DNA of 64,000 nt from Terriglobia bacterium (GTDB taxonomy: Bacteria > Acidobacteriota > Terriglobia > 20CM-2-55-15), in assembly GCA_965218585.1 (NCBI GenBank), contig CBDCLE010000001.1, positions 206,436 to 270,435 of the forward strand, in the 5' to 3' direction. Each line of letters starts with the position of its first letter. Position 1 is the stretch's first letter. Below are positions 23,401-32,506 of this stretch, in pieces. The position numbers and the translations under genes were made by a program. Below the pieces are notes generated by a model. It was not told the origin of the DNA, searched no databases, and saw only the letters and a list, made by a program, of their open reading frames with translations.

Positions 23401-23588
23401 TGATGGACTCCGAGGGCCGGGTTCTGGCGCGCTCGGATCGTGGCCTGAACGGACAGTCCGAACTGATTTCGACTTTCCTGCCTGCCGGCAGTTACGTTGT
23501 GGAGATCCGGAGTTTCTATACTCAGGGTGAAACAGGAACGCTCGTCTTCAATTCCGGTTCGTACAATCTGGAATTCCGGCTTCCGTAA
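20487..23588 (+). CDS. Large secreted protein (signal peptide, beta-rich repeats, IPT/TIG, HExxH metallopeptidase, PPC-like C-terminus), interrupted by an in-frame TAG at 22287-22289
   Basis: ORFs 20487-22289 and 22335-23588 are in the same frame (STD*EGNF); ILHEYAH, AWSEGWA, DLDLFL, LPAGSYVVEI. Confidence 0.75.
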
Positions 23589-23625
23589 GGAAGGAAATTC
23601 GGGGTCTGTCCTGGAGTTTCCGGAA

Positions 23626-24798
23626 TCAGGATACTTTCTGGTAGGAATCCATTGCAGCACGCGCGCCGGCGCCTGGAGTTAACCCGAAACCCATCTCCGA
23701 CAGGATTTCTTCCAGCCCGTTGATCAGGAGCAGAACGTTGTTCCGTTGGGATGAATGTCCCATCAAGCCGATTCGCCAGATCTTTCCCTTGAGATCGCCC
23801 AGCCCGCCTACAATTTCTATTCCGTAGCGTTCGAGGAGTTTAGACCTCACCGCGGCTTCGTCGATGCCCTCGGGCACCTTCGGAGTGTTGACGGTCCATG
23901 CGCGAAGATCGCGTTCGACAAACATTTCCAGGCCCATCGCTTCAAGGCCCGCGACCAACGCAAGATGGTTCTTCCGGTGCCGCTCGAAGCGATTGGCGAG
24001 CCCTTCTTCTGCGATAATCCTTAGGGATTCACGCAACGCGTAGTGCATCGAAATCGGGCCTGTGTGGTGATATTGCCGATCGTTGCTCCAGTATTTCTCG
24101 ATCATGGACAGATCCAGGTACCAGCTCTGAACCGGGACTTTGCGGGACCGAAGCTGCCGACCTGCTTTCCGAGACAGCGTGACCGGCGCCAGTCCCGGTG
24201 GACAACCGAGACACTTCTGGGTGCCGCTGTAAACAAAGTCGAGTTCATTATCTGCCACCTTGACCGGTTGGCCTCCGAGCGAGGCCACCGCATCCACGAT
24301 TGTGAAGATGTCGTCTTCACGGAGCAGCTGGGCGAGCCCTTCGAGAGGCTGGGCGAGCCCTGTCGAGGTTTCTACGTGGGCGAGGGCGACAACTTTGGGA
24401 CGCCTTTTCTCGATGGCCTGGCGCAATTGATCGGGTGTGACAGCCTTCCCCAACGGCGCCTCGACCATCTGGACGTGACCTCCCGCCCGGTCTGCGATCT
24501 GGCGCAGCCGCTCGCCGAAGAATCCGGCCGAGCAGACCAGGACAGGGTCTCCGGGCTCGATCATGTTGACCATGGCCGCTTCCATTCCGGCGGTTCCGCT
24601 TCCCGAGATCGGCAGCGTGAGAGCGTTCTCGGTTTCAAACACGTAGCGGAGACCTTCCTGGATGTCGTCCATCACTTCCATAAAGATGGGATCCATATGG
24701 CTGACCATCGTTTTCGTCATGGCTCTGAGGATCCGTGGATGGACATCGCTCGGTCCGGGACCCAGCAAGACGCGAAAAGGGGGATTGAACTCTTTCAT
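23626..24798 (-). CDS. Class V aminotransferase (alanine/serine-glyoxylate type)
   Basis: LLGPGPS, SGSGTAGMEA, HVETSTG, DAVASLGG, SGTQKCLG.PPG. Confidence 0.92.
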   Translation of the reverse strand: MKEFNPPFRVLLGPGPSDVHPRILRAMTKTMVSHMDPIFMEVMDDIQEGLRYVFETENALTLPISGSGTAGMEAAMVNMIEPGDPVLVCSAGFFGERLRQIADRAGGHVQMVEAPLGKAVTPDQLRQAIEKRRPKVVALAHVETSTGLAQPLEGLAQLLREDDIFTIVDAVASLGGQPVKVADNELDFVYSGTQKCLGCPPGLAPVTLSRKAGRQLRSRKVPVQSWYLDLSMIEKYWSNDRQYHHTGPISMHYALRESLRIIAEEGLANRFERHRKNHLALVAGLEAMGLEMFVERDLRAWTVNTPKVPEGIDEAAVRSKLLERYGIEIVGGLGDLKGKIWRIGLMGHSSQRNNVLLLINGLEEILSEMGFGLTPGAGARAAMDSYQKVS

Positions 24799-24807
24799 GG
24801 TTGCGAG

Positions 24808-24893
24808 AAAATTCCAGGGACAGAGCCCTATTTCCACTAACAGCAAGTTTCAGCGTGAATATCGTCAGGAAATAGGGATCAGTCCCGAATTTC
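24808..24893. repeat. GGGACAG-family inverted repeat
   Basis: GGGACAGAGCCCTATTTCC ... GGAAATAGGGATCAGTCCC. Confidence 0.75.
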
Positions 24894-24936
24894 CCCAGGA
24901 ATTATAACCGCTGGGGAGATTCTTTACGAACGGGCG

Positions 24937-24997
24937 CTGTAGGTGCGGTCTATGACCGCACGATTTGATCTTGTGCGCTCATAGAGCGCACCCACAG
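24937..24997. repeat. GTAG-type REP doublet (REPIN), copy 2
   Basis: CTGTAGGTGCGGTCTATGACCGCAC ... GTGCGCTCATAGAGCGCACCCACAG. Confidence 0.9.
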
Positions 24998-25004
24998 AAG
25001 AATC

Positions 25005-25496
25005 CTACCTGCGATCTTCTGCAAGCGAGACAGCCAATCGGACGGCTTCTTCCGGCGTCGTCACGGTGTAAAACAAGGGTTCGCCGTAAGATTTGCCGTC
25101 GATTGCGGCGTCCCAGGTGCGAAGTCCGACGACCGGCGTGCCCACTTTGATGGCGAGCGCAATCTCGGAGAGTGTGCCAGCTCCACCGGCGATTGCGATC
25201 ACAGCGTGCGAGGTCAGGACGTTGATGGCGTTCCTGGCATTCCCCATCCCCGTGACGATCGGGATGTCGACCCAGGGGTTCGCAGTTCCTTCTTCGGCGG
25301 AGGGGAGAATGCCGACGACCAGCCCTCCCGCTTCAGCAGCTCCACGGGCCGCCGCTTCCATCACACCGCCACCACCGCCACAAATCAATACCGCTTCCTG
25401 GGCCCCGATCCCCCGCCCGACGCTTTCGGCGAGTCCTGTGATTTCGGCATTGCACTCACCGGCGCCCATCACACCAATCTTGATTTTTCGTCGCAT
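25005..25496 (-). CDS. TIGR00725 / SLOG (LOG-like) family protein
   Basis: CGGGGGVMEAA, TGMGNARN, GGAGTLSEIA. Confidence 0.88.
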   Translation of the reverse strand: MRRKIKIGVMGAGECNAEITGLAESVGRGIGAQEAVLICGGGGGVMEAAARGAAEAGGLVVGILPSAEEGTANPWVDIPIVTGMGNARNAINVLTSHAVIAIAGGAGTLSEIALAIKVGTPVVGLRTWDAAIDGKSYGEPLFYTVTTPEEAVRLAVSLAEDRR

Positions 25497-25506
25497 TCCT
25501 CGCTTC

Positions 25507-26352
25507 TCAATTCATCATCACCCGTATACGGTTCACATCTTTCAAATACGATTCAACCTTGGAATTGTCCGCGGAGTCGGGGGCGTGCTTCAGATACCAT
25601 TTGAGGTCACGGGCGGCCCCGTCAAAGAGACGTAGCTGGAGACGGAGAAGGCCGCGCTCTTTGTAGAGTTCCAGGGCGCCGGGCTCGGTCAGGATCATCA
25701 GGTCGAGCATGACCAGTGCCTTGTCGAAGGTCTGTGCCTGAAGGTATATCGCCTTCAGGTTGGCAAGCATACGCGTGAGGATGTGTCGGTTGGTGACCCG
25801 CCGCAGCCATTGTTCGACGCTTTGATCGTTTTCAAGTTGGCCGGGAACGAGAAGTCTTCGGCAGTCTTCGGGCGTGAGAAGCGATCCCTTGTTGAAAGGA
25901 TCGATAAAGACCTCCTCGTCGCGTGACGCGTACTTGACCAGAAAGTGGCCGGGCATTCCGACACCGGCAATTTCAAAACCGATGCGCCGGGCAACTTCGA
26001 TGTAGATCGCCGATAAGGTGATGGGTATTCCCCTTCGCCGGTCGATGACGTCATTTAGAAAGCTGTTGCGGGGATCGTAGTAGTTGTCCGCGTTGCCTTC
26101 GAAACCGTAATCGATGAAGAGAACGTGATTGATCGCTTCAATGGTCTCCCTCGGGGCATCGGCCCCAGAAACGCCAGGTGCGGTTCTCCGACGTACCTGC
26201 TCGGCGATGTGGTCGAGTTCGTCCAGGTAAGGGCCGATCGACAGATGCGGGTATTCTTCGCAAGCCATCAACAGGGCTGCCTCTGCCAATGGGACGCCTA
26301 AGTCGGGAAGCGTGACGAGTTCCTTGAACGTTGTCCTGGAGCGCGCGGTCAT
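25507..26352 (-). CDS. SirB1/transglutaminase-like protein with C-terminal TPR
   Basis: YYDPRNSFLNDV..RRRGIPITLS, GMPGHF, IDPF, RMLANLK. Confidence 0.88.
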   Translation of the reverse strand: MTARSRTTFKELVTLPDLGVPLAEAALLMACEEYPHLSIGPYLDELDHIAEQVRRRTAPGVSGADAPRETIEAINHVLFIDYGFEGNADNYYDPRNSFLNDVIDRRRGIPITLSAIYIEVARRIGFEIAGVGMPGHFLVKYASRDEEVFIDPFNKGSLLTPEDCRRLLVPGQLENDQSVEQWLRRVTNRHILTRMLANLKAIYLQAQTFDKALVMLDLMILTEPGALELYKERGLLRLQLRLFDGAARDLKWYLKHAPDSADNSKVESYLKDVNRIRVMMN

Positions 26353-27020
26353 GCGACCCGTCCCTCGATCCACTGGCCGAATTCCCTGATCGAAGCAAGT
26401 ATCCAGTCTGCTTCGACCAGATGAGACCGGTCGTAGGAATGTTCCAGCGCCAGGCATTCCAGGCCCGCGGCCTTGGCCGAACGGATGCCTCCTCTGGAAT
26501 CTTCCACGGCCAGGCACCTCGCGGGATCGAGTGGTCCGTGAAGTGTGGCCAACTCTCCTGTCGCTTTCAGAAACGGTTCAGGATCGGGTTTTCCGGCGTC
26601 GACGTCTTCAGCAGCCACGATGACGGAAAAGTATTTCTGAAGGGCACCTGCCTTGAGGATCTGTTCGATCTCGTCGCGTCGGGCGCCCGATGCGATAGCC
26701 AGGGGGCAGTTTTCTCCCGCCGCGCGTACTGCCCCCTCGGCGCCTTCGAAAATGACCTGCCTCCCTTCCAGGAGTCTGTAATAGCTAGCTGACTTTCTTT
26801 CTACAAGAGTTTCGAGTTCTTCGTCTGTCAAATTCCGGTCGTGAGCTTTATACAGCTCGCGAAAAAGATCCCAATCGTCGAAGGCCAGGTATCGTTCGTA
26901 GTAGGCCTCGTCGGTGAGTCCAAGCCCTTCCTCGAGCGCTGTCGATCGGAAGGCTTCCAGATGTATCGGCTCGTCATCGGCCAGAACGCCGTTGAAGTCG
27001 AAGATAACGGCTTGGAACAT
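26349..27020 (-). CDS. HAD-superfamily phosphatase
   Basis: IFDFNGVLAD, GKPDPE, VEDS..GI. Confidence 0.88.
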   Translation of the reverse strand: MFQAVIFDFNGVLADDEPIHLEAFRSTALEEGLGLTDEAYYERYLAFDDWDLFRELYKAHDRNLTDEELETLVERKSASYYRLLEGRQVIFEGAEGAVRAAGENCPLAIASGARRDEIEQILKAGALQKYFSVIVAAEDVDAGKPDPEPFLKATGELATLHGPLDPARCLAVEDSRGGIRSAKAAGLECLALEHSYDRSHLVEADWILASIREFGQWIEGRVA

Positions 27021-27216
27021 AGTGTTTGAGGTTGTCCCCGAATTTTCCTAGCTAAGTTACCATGCTTCGCTCCCGCGGCAGGCGCCGCCGACCTTGATAC
27101 GATACGAAAGTGTCCATGGGCGATGACGCGACGGGGCCGGCGCCGGTTCCACCTTCTCGTTTTTCCTGAAAGTGTCCCGATCCTTCTCACCGATTCAGCT
27201 GGTATAATCGCACCTC

Positions 27217-28308
27217 ATGATCGATCCCGCCATTAGCGAAAAGGTCGAGAGAGGAGAACGACTTAGCTTCGAGGACGGCGTCGCACTGTACGCATCGGAC
27301 GACGTTTTCGGAGTCGGTCGGCTCGCTCATCAGATCCGTCTGAGGATGAACGGGAATGCCGCCTACTACAACGTCAATCGGCACATCAACTACACGAACG
27401 TCTGTGTGATCGACTGTCAGCTTTGCCAGGGAGCCTACGCTCGCAAGCCCGGTGAAGAGGGTGGCTATACGATGACGCTGGAAACGGTTTTCGATTTTGC
27501 CTCACAGAAGTACAACGACTCGGTCACAGAGTTTCACATCGTGGGCGGCCTCAATCCCGAGTTGCCTTTCGAGTACTATCTCGATCTTTTGAAGGGGCTC
27601 AGGGAACGATTTCCTTCAGTGCATCTGAAAGCGTTCACAATGGTAGAGTTGGACTTCTTTTCCAAGATCACCCGGAAGTCGCTCGAATGGGTCATTGAGC
27701 AGCTCGTTGATGCGGGTATGGGGAGTTGTCCGGGCGGAGGCGCCGAGATCTTTGCCGCCAGGGCCCGTCCGCTGATCGCGGGCCACAAGATATCTGGAGA
27801 CCGGTGGCTCGAGTGTGCGCGAACCCTCCACAGGATGGGGATCAACTCCAACGCAACGATGTTGTACGGGCATGTTGAGACGATTCCCGAACGTGTGGAT
27901 CATTTCGTCCGCCTGCGCGAGTTGCAGGACGAAACCGGTGGGTTCAATTGTTTTATTCCGCTGGCCTTCCATCCGGAAAACACCACCTACGATCATTTTC
28001 CGCCCACGACAGGAACCGACGACCTGAAGACGATCGCGCTGGCCCGGCTGATGCTCGACAATTTTCCCCACATCAAAGCCTACTGGGTGACGATCACGCC
28101 GGAGCTGGCCCAGATCGCCCTTCGTTTCGGAGCCGATGATCTGGACGGCACGATCATCGAAGAACGGATTATTCACGGTGCTGGAAGCAATACGAGTCCG
28201 GGCTTGACCCGGGAACGGCTTGAGAAGTTGATCCGGGATGCTGGCTGCACACCCATCGAACGCGACACCCTCTACAATCCGGTCACCGCCAGCGTCACCT
28301 CCTCCTAG
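27217..28308 (+). CDS. mqnE: Aminofutalosine synthase (radical SAM, menaquinone futalosine pathway)
   Basis: NYTNVCVIDCQLC, HIVGG, PGGGAEIF, TMLYGHVE, FIPLAFHPENT, HIKAYW. Confidence 0.85.
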   Translation: MIDPAISEKVERGERLSFEDGVALYASDDVFGVGRLAHQIRLRMNGNAAYYNVNRHINYTNVCVIDCQLCQGAYARKPGEEGGYTMTLETVFDFASQKYNDSVTEFHIVGGLNPELPFEYYLDLLKGLRERFPSVHLKAFTMVELDFFSKITRKSLEWVIEQLVDAGMGSCPGGGAEIFAARARPLIAGHKISGDRWLECARTLHRMGINSNATMLYGHVETIPERVDHFVRLRELQDETGGFNCFIPLAFHPENTTYDHFPPTTGTDDLKTIALARLMLDNFPHIKAYWVTITPELAQIALRFGADDLDGTIIEERIIHGAGSNTSPGLTRERLEKLIRDAGCTPIERDTLYNPVTASVTSS

Positions 28309-28327
28309 AGACCCAGGAATTCGGATT

Positions 28328-28400
28328 CGCCGCGGAGGAGAAGGCGCAGAGATCTTTCTATTCGCTTCCTGCGACCTCAGCGCCTTTGCGTCTCTGCGTT
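28328..28400. repeat. CGCAGAG/CTCTGCG short-period inverted tandem repeat
   Basis: GGCGCAGAG ... CTGCGACCTCAGCGCCTTTGCGTCTCTGCGTT, between convergent genes. Confidence 0.7.
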
Positions 28401-28412
28401 ATATCTTCGTGT

Positions 28413-28847
28413 TCAAGAACGGAAGGTTACTTCGGCGAGCATGAATGCCATGCCTTCGGGCACGATGTTGAGCGATACGAAATCGGTTCCCAACAGTTTC
28501 CGTACTTCATCGAAGACGTTCTGATCGATTTGATCGATCCGGAACGTAGCACGGTGCGTGTCTCCCTCGGAAAGCAGTTCGCAGTCCAGAGCCTTCAGGC
28601 GTTTGATGATCCAGTGCAGACGTCCGGCAAACGTCGAGGTGTCGACTTTGCCGTCAATCCGGACAATGGTTTCTTCAGGCAACCAGCAGAATTTGTCGGT
28701 GTGGTAGAGGAGGCGGTAGTTGCTGCGTTTGTTTTCAAGAACCAGCCCGGCATCCTTCGGGATGCCGAGCTGGGATCGATGATAAGGGGATCCGCAGTAG
28801 ACGAAATCCCCGACGTCTATGTTTTTGGTCTTAGTACGCTGTCCCAT
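28413..28847 (-). CDS. Hypothetical protein
   Basis: 144-aa ORF with globular composition, follows moeB; TACCCT 6 nt before the ATG. Confidence 0.7.
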   Translation of the reverse strand: MGQRTKTKNIDVGDFVYCGSPYHRSQLGIPKDAGLVLENKRSNYRLLYHTDKFCWLPEETIVRIDGKVDTSTFAGRLHWIIKRLKALDCELLSEGDTHRATFRIDQIDQNVFDEVRKLLGTDFVSLNIVPEGMAFMLAEVTFRS

Positions 28848-28865
28848 TGGAGCAGGGTACTCGAG

Positions 28866-30029
28866 TTACCCCGTTGCACAGACAAAGTCAGCAATGGACT
28901 CCAGGTCGATATGGGGGTTCTCGCCGCAGGTGGTGCACTTCGGGTCCTTGCGGACCTTCACCTGGCGGAACGAGGATTCCAGTGCGTCATAGACCAGAAG
29001 GCGGCCTGAGAGCGATTCGCCGATTCCGAGCAGAAGCTTGATGGTTTCCGTTGCCTGAAGCACCCCGATCGTTCCGGGAAGGACGCCCAGGACACCGGCT
29101 TCAGCACAGCTCGGGGCCAGTTCAGCCGGCGCAGCTGCGGGGTAGAGGCATCTGAAGCAAGGTCCTTCGTGAGGGACGAATGTCGAAACCTGTCCGTCGA
29201 ATCGGAAGATGCTGCCATAGGCCACTGGCTTGTTGAGCATCACAGCCGCATCGTTTACCAGATATGCCGTGGAGAAGTTGTCCGACCCGCTGACGATGAC
29301 ATCGTATTCCTTGAAGATGTCGAGCACGTTAGAGGCATCGAGCCGGAGGTTGTACGTGTTGACCTTTACGTCCGGGTTCACCTCGAACAGGGTCCGGCGT
29401 GCAGAGTCGGTCTTAGGGACGCCGATAGAAGACGTCCAATGCAGGATCTGGCGCTGGAGATTCGATTCATCGACGACGTCGTCATCCACCAGACCAATCG
29501 TTCCCACGCCCGAAGCTGCGAGGTAAATTCCGGCCGGGGATCCCAGTCCGCCCGCGCCCACCAGCAGTACCTTGCTCTTGAGAAGCTTGAGCTGGCCTTC
29601 TTCTCCGACTTCAGGAATCAGCACGTGGCGGCTGTAGCGAGCCATCTGGTCCTTACCCACGGTTTCAGGGATGACGAGTGTGAAGCCATTGTCTTTCCAG
29701 TCGCGAACGCCCCCGGCCATGGAACGAACGTTGGAATAGCCAAGTTGATTCAGGCTCCTTGCAGCAAACGCGGACCGCACGCCCCCGGCACAGTAAACGA
29801 CGATCGCCTCGTCCTTGTCGGTAATCATCTTCTCGACCTTGACTTCCAGAAAGCCGCGCGGGAGGAACTGGGCGCCTTCGATGTGGCCCTGGTCCCACTC
29901 GTCTTTTTCACGGACGTCGAGCAGAGTGAAGTCCCTGTTGCCGTTCAATTTGGCGTTTATTTCCTGAGGGGTTACCTCTTCAATCTCCTGCTTTACGCTG
30001 GTGAGTAATTCATTGAAATTCGGGCTCAT
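28866..30029 (-). CDS. moeB: Rhodanese + ThiF/MoeB adenylyltransferase (MoeZ-like)
   Basis: LLDVRE and YCAGGVRS; RYSRH, GAGGLGS, SNLQRQ, CFRC, SCAEAGVLG. Confidence 0.9.
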   Translation of the reverse strand: MSPNFNELLTSVKQEIEEVTPQEINAKLNGNRDFTLLDVREKDEWDQGHIEGAQFLPRGFLEVKVEKMITDKDEAIVVYCAGGVRSAFAARSLNQLGYSNVRSMAGGVRDWKDNGFTLVIPETVGKDQMARYSRHVLIPEVGEEGQLKLLKSKVLLVGAGGLGSPAGIYLAASGVGTIGLVDDDVVDESNLQRQILHWTSSIGVPKTDSARRTLFEVNPDVKVNTYNLRLDASNVLDIFKEYDVIVSGSDNFSTAYLVNDAAVMLNKPVAYGSIFRFDGQVSTFVPHEGPCFRCLYPAAAPAELAPSCAEAGVLGVLPGTIGVLQATETIKLLLGIGESLSGRLLVYDALESSFRQVKVRKDPKCTTCGENPHIDLESIADFVCATG

Positions 30030-30067
30030 AGCGCTCCTCAGTGGGGCAGATTCCTCTTAATCAGATC

Positions 30068-30092
30068 TAAATTGATCAACTTTGTCATGTAT
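30068..30092. promoter_or_regulatory. Candidate Rrf2-family (CymR/IscR-like) operator upstream of moeB
   Basis: Pseudo-palindrome TAAATTGATCAACTTTGTCATGTAT (TGA-N9-TCA), just downstream of a TTGCGA-N18-TACCTT promoter on the minus strand. Confidence 0.4.
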
Positions 30093-30141
30093 CCTGCTAT
30101 TAAGGTACAACAACCTTTCAAGATTTCGCAACGGTAACACC

Positions 30142-30212
30142 GCAGGTGCGGTCTATGACCGCAACATTTTCCAGGTCCTCCCGAGGCTAGTGCGCCGATA
30201 GAGCGCACCTAT
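30142..30212. repeat. GTAG-type REP doublet (REPIN), copy 3, degenerate
   Basis: GCAGGTGCGGTCTATGACCGCA ... GTGCGCCGATAGAGCGCACCTAT. Confidence 0.8.
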
Positions 30213-30231
30213 CAGAAGAAGCTGGTCGCTC

Positions 30232-30924
30232 TCACTCCATCCCGCCTTCTCGTTCCCATTCCTCGCCCTGTCTTCTGAGTGCGTCGAGGACGTTCTGCAT
30301 CCGTTCATGGGTATCGCGAACCGAAGCCTCGTCTGCATCCGCGGCTATCCAGATGGCGGGAGCTACAAAGACCATCGCCCGCGTGAACGGGAACGGGATC
30401 TGGAAGTGATCCCAGCTGTTGAGCTGAATCTTACGCTTTAACGCGATGTGAAAGCACAAAATACCTGCCCCCGTCTTTCGGGCCAATATTGCGGGCCCCT
30501 GTTTGGCGACGTAACGCGGCCCGCGTGGTCCGTCTATGGTGAACGCGACGTCATGATGGTTGCGTATTTCGCGGACCATCTCGGCCAGAGCCCGGAATCC
30601 GTCGTGTGAGCTCGAGCCCCGTGCTGCTCCGTACCCGTGACGCTCGATGCAGGCGGCGATCATTTCGCCGTCGAAGTTCAGGCTCGTCATGACGACGATG
30701 CCCCTGTTTCTCCAGTACCAGGTTGCGGGGAATATGCGACCGTGCCAGAAGGTGAATATGGCTTGTTGACCCGTGCTGTGGATCTCTTCGAGGTGGGGAA
30801 AGCCCCTCACTTCCCATCGCAGACTACGTCCGATCAACGCGATCGTCCAGTAGCCGATTCGGGCAACCAGGCTGATCTTGATGCGTTCGGCTGAAGAGAA
30901 CCGGCGTGGTTGACCGACCTCCAT
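30232..30924 (-). CDS. DUF374 / lysophospholipid acyltransferase family protein
   Basis: FWH, DGE, RGSS, DGPRGP, SWD...P.PF. Confidence 0.9.
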   Translation of the reverse strand: MEVGQPRRFSSAERIKISLVARIGYWTIALIGRSLRWEVRGFPHLEEIHSTGQQAIFTFWHGRIFPATWYWRNRGIVVMTSLNFDGEMIAACIERHGYGAARGSSSHDGFRALAEMVREIRNHHDVAFTIDGPRGPRYVAKQGPAILARKTGAGILCFHIALKRKIQLNSWDHFQIPFPFTRAMVFVAPAIWIAADADEASVRDTHERMQNVLDALRRQGEEWEREGGME

Positions 30925-31065
30925 TCAAACGTAGTCTTTGGGGTCCCGCTTGAACTTGTCGTAGCAGCCGGAAGAACAGAAATAATACTCTTTCCCTCTA
31001 TATTCGGATTTGAACTCCGCCATATCGGGATCGATCGACATCTGGCAAACAGGATCAGTTTCCAT
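30925..31065 (-). CDS. YHS-domain metal-binding protein, 46 aa (absent from the ORF track)
   Basis: METDPVCQMSIDPDMAEFKSEYRGKEYYFCSSGCYDKFKRDPKDYV; AAGGAG RBS; stop codon abuts the next ATG. Confidence 0.9.
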   Translation of the reverse strand: METDPVCQMSIDPDMAEFKSEYRGKEYYFCSSGCYDKFKRDPKDYV

Positions 31066-31176
31066 CGCAACTCCTTTTATCAGGAAATTCGGGTCCGTCT
31101 CTGGAAATTCCTTTGCAAGGATAAATCAAAAACGCTGTTTCGTGGATTTCGTTTTTCGCTGGCCCTGACGGCGCCA

Positions 31177-31192
31177 TGGCACCTGATGTGCT
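31177..31192 (+). promoter_or_regulatory. Candidate sigma54 (-24/-12) promoter
   Basis: TGGCACCTGATGTGCT gives GG-N10-GC, about 25 nt upstream of ATG 31218. Confidence 0.5.
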
Positions 31193-31217
31193 CTTGAAGA
31201 GCGTAAGGGAGGGTTTG

Positions 31218-31412
31218 ATGGTCTGTCCAAGATGCTTGACCGAAGGCGAGATTATGTATTCGGACCTGTCGCGTGGACTGATGTGTTTTGCGCTCGAGTG
31301 TGGATGGGAGCAGAACTTGGAATCCAGCGAGACTTACGAACTCGTGGAAGACTTTGAAGGGACAGTGATTCCGATGCCCCAGGAGGGGGCTTCCGGGCAG
31401 CAGCTGCGTTAA
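31218..31412 (+). CDS. Small hypothetical zinc-ribbon-like protein
   Basis: MVCPRC...CFALECGW; GGGAGG RBS. Confidence 0.65.
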   Translation: MVCPRCLTEGEIMYSDLSRGLMCFALECGWEQNLESSETYELVEDFEGTVIPMPQEGASGQQLR

Positions 31413-31790
31413 TCAGCTAACGGTGGCCACCGGGACCACAACCAGTCCCATGGGATCTCTGACAACGCCTTCGACGCCCAGAGATTGAAAGATCAGCGCT
31501 GTCTTCCTGACCTGCTCGGCGGGCACGGTCAGTATCTTGACAGGGCGAGGGGACTCCTTCATCTGCATCACCGCCGCCGCCAGTTCCCATACGTCGTTGC
31601 TGGCAACCGCCAGTTCCTCCACTACGCTTTCAGATCCGTCCCCTTCGGGAGTCCAATAGGGATCTGGCCGGGTTGTCGTGTGCCGGCGTTCCCAGGCTTC
31701 GAAGGTTTCGCTCATACTGCTATCCGTATCGGCCCGTTCGATCGATTTGGTTACCCAAATATTGCCTGCCAGTTGAGAGTTTCCCTCCAC
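31413..31790 (-). CDS. Hypothetical protein
   Basis: 125-aa ORF filling the gap between neighbouring genes; no family recognised. Confidence 0.55.
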   Translation of the reverse strand: MEGNSQLAGNIWVTKSIERADTDSSMSETFEAWERRHTTTRPDPYWTPEGDGSESVVEELAVASNDVWELAAAVMQMKESPRPVKILTVPAEQVRKTALIFQSLGVEGVVRDPMGLVVVPVATVS

Positions 31791-31810
31791 TCACGTCACA
31801 ATAGACAGAT

Positions 31811-32506
31811 ATGAAGATGTTTCTCTTCGACGTGGATCTCACCCTCGTGAATACGGGAGGTGCCGGGATCCGGGCCCTGAACAGGGCCACCCAGGAGGTT
31901 CTTGGCATCACCGAAGTCATGGCCAGTGTCACGCCGCATGGGAAGACCGATCCTGCGATCGTTCGTGAGATCTTTGGCCAAGGTGAATGGGATAAGAGCC
32001 TAACACTGCAACATGTTACAGACGCTATTTTAGATAAGTACTTGATGTATCTGGGAGGGGAAGTTCGGGATTCACAGCGCTACCGCGTCCTTCCCGGCAT
32101 CCTCGAACTGCTCGAAGAAACAGGTTCTCGAAACGATGTGCATCTGGGGCTGGCGACGGGGAACCTGGAGCGGGGTGCCCGAATCAAGCTGGAGCGAGGC
32201 GGCCTCAATCCATTCTTCGGGTTCGGGGGTTTTGGCTCCGATTCCGAAGACCGGGCCGAGGTTGTCCGGCGAGCTGCCCGGCAGGTGAACAGCGGAAACG
32301 GAGTCGAAATCGGGCCGGGAGACACGTTTGTCATTGGAGACACGCCAAAAGACATTGAAGCTGGTAAGCGGGCTGGTTTTCAGACGGTTGGCGTGGCGAC
32401 GGGGAGTTATTCAGTGGAGGCGCTCCGGGAGACCGGAGCAGACGTAGTGATCGAAGACTTTGGCGTTGGTCGCGATCAGTTCCTGGTTTCCACTCTCATC
32501 GCATAG
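31811..32506 (+). CDS. HAD-family hydrolase (phosphoglycolate phosphatase-like)
   Basis: LFDVDLTL, GKTD, ATGN, GGFGSD, IGDTPKD. Confidence 0.88.
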   Translation: MKMFLFDVDLTLVNTGGAGIRALNRATQEVLGITEVMASVTPHGKTDPAIVREIFGQGEWDKSLTLQHVTDAILDKYLMYLGGEVRDSQRYRVLPGILELLEETGSRNDVHLGLATGNLERGARIKLERGGLNPFFGFGGFGSDSEDRAEVVRRAARQVNSGNGVEIGPGDTFVIGDTPKDIEAGKRAGFQTVGVATGSYSVEALRETGADVVIEDFGVGRDQFLVSTLIA

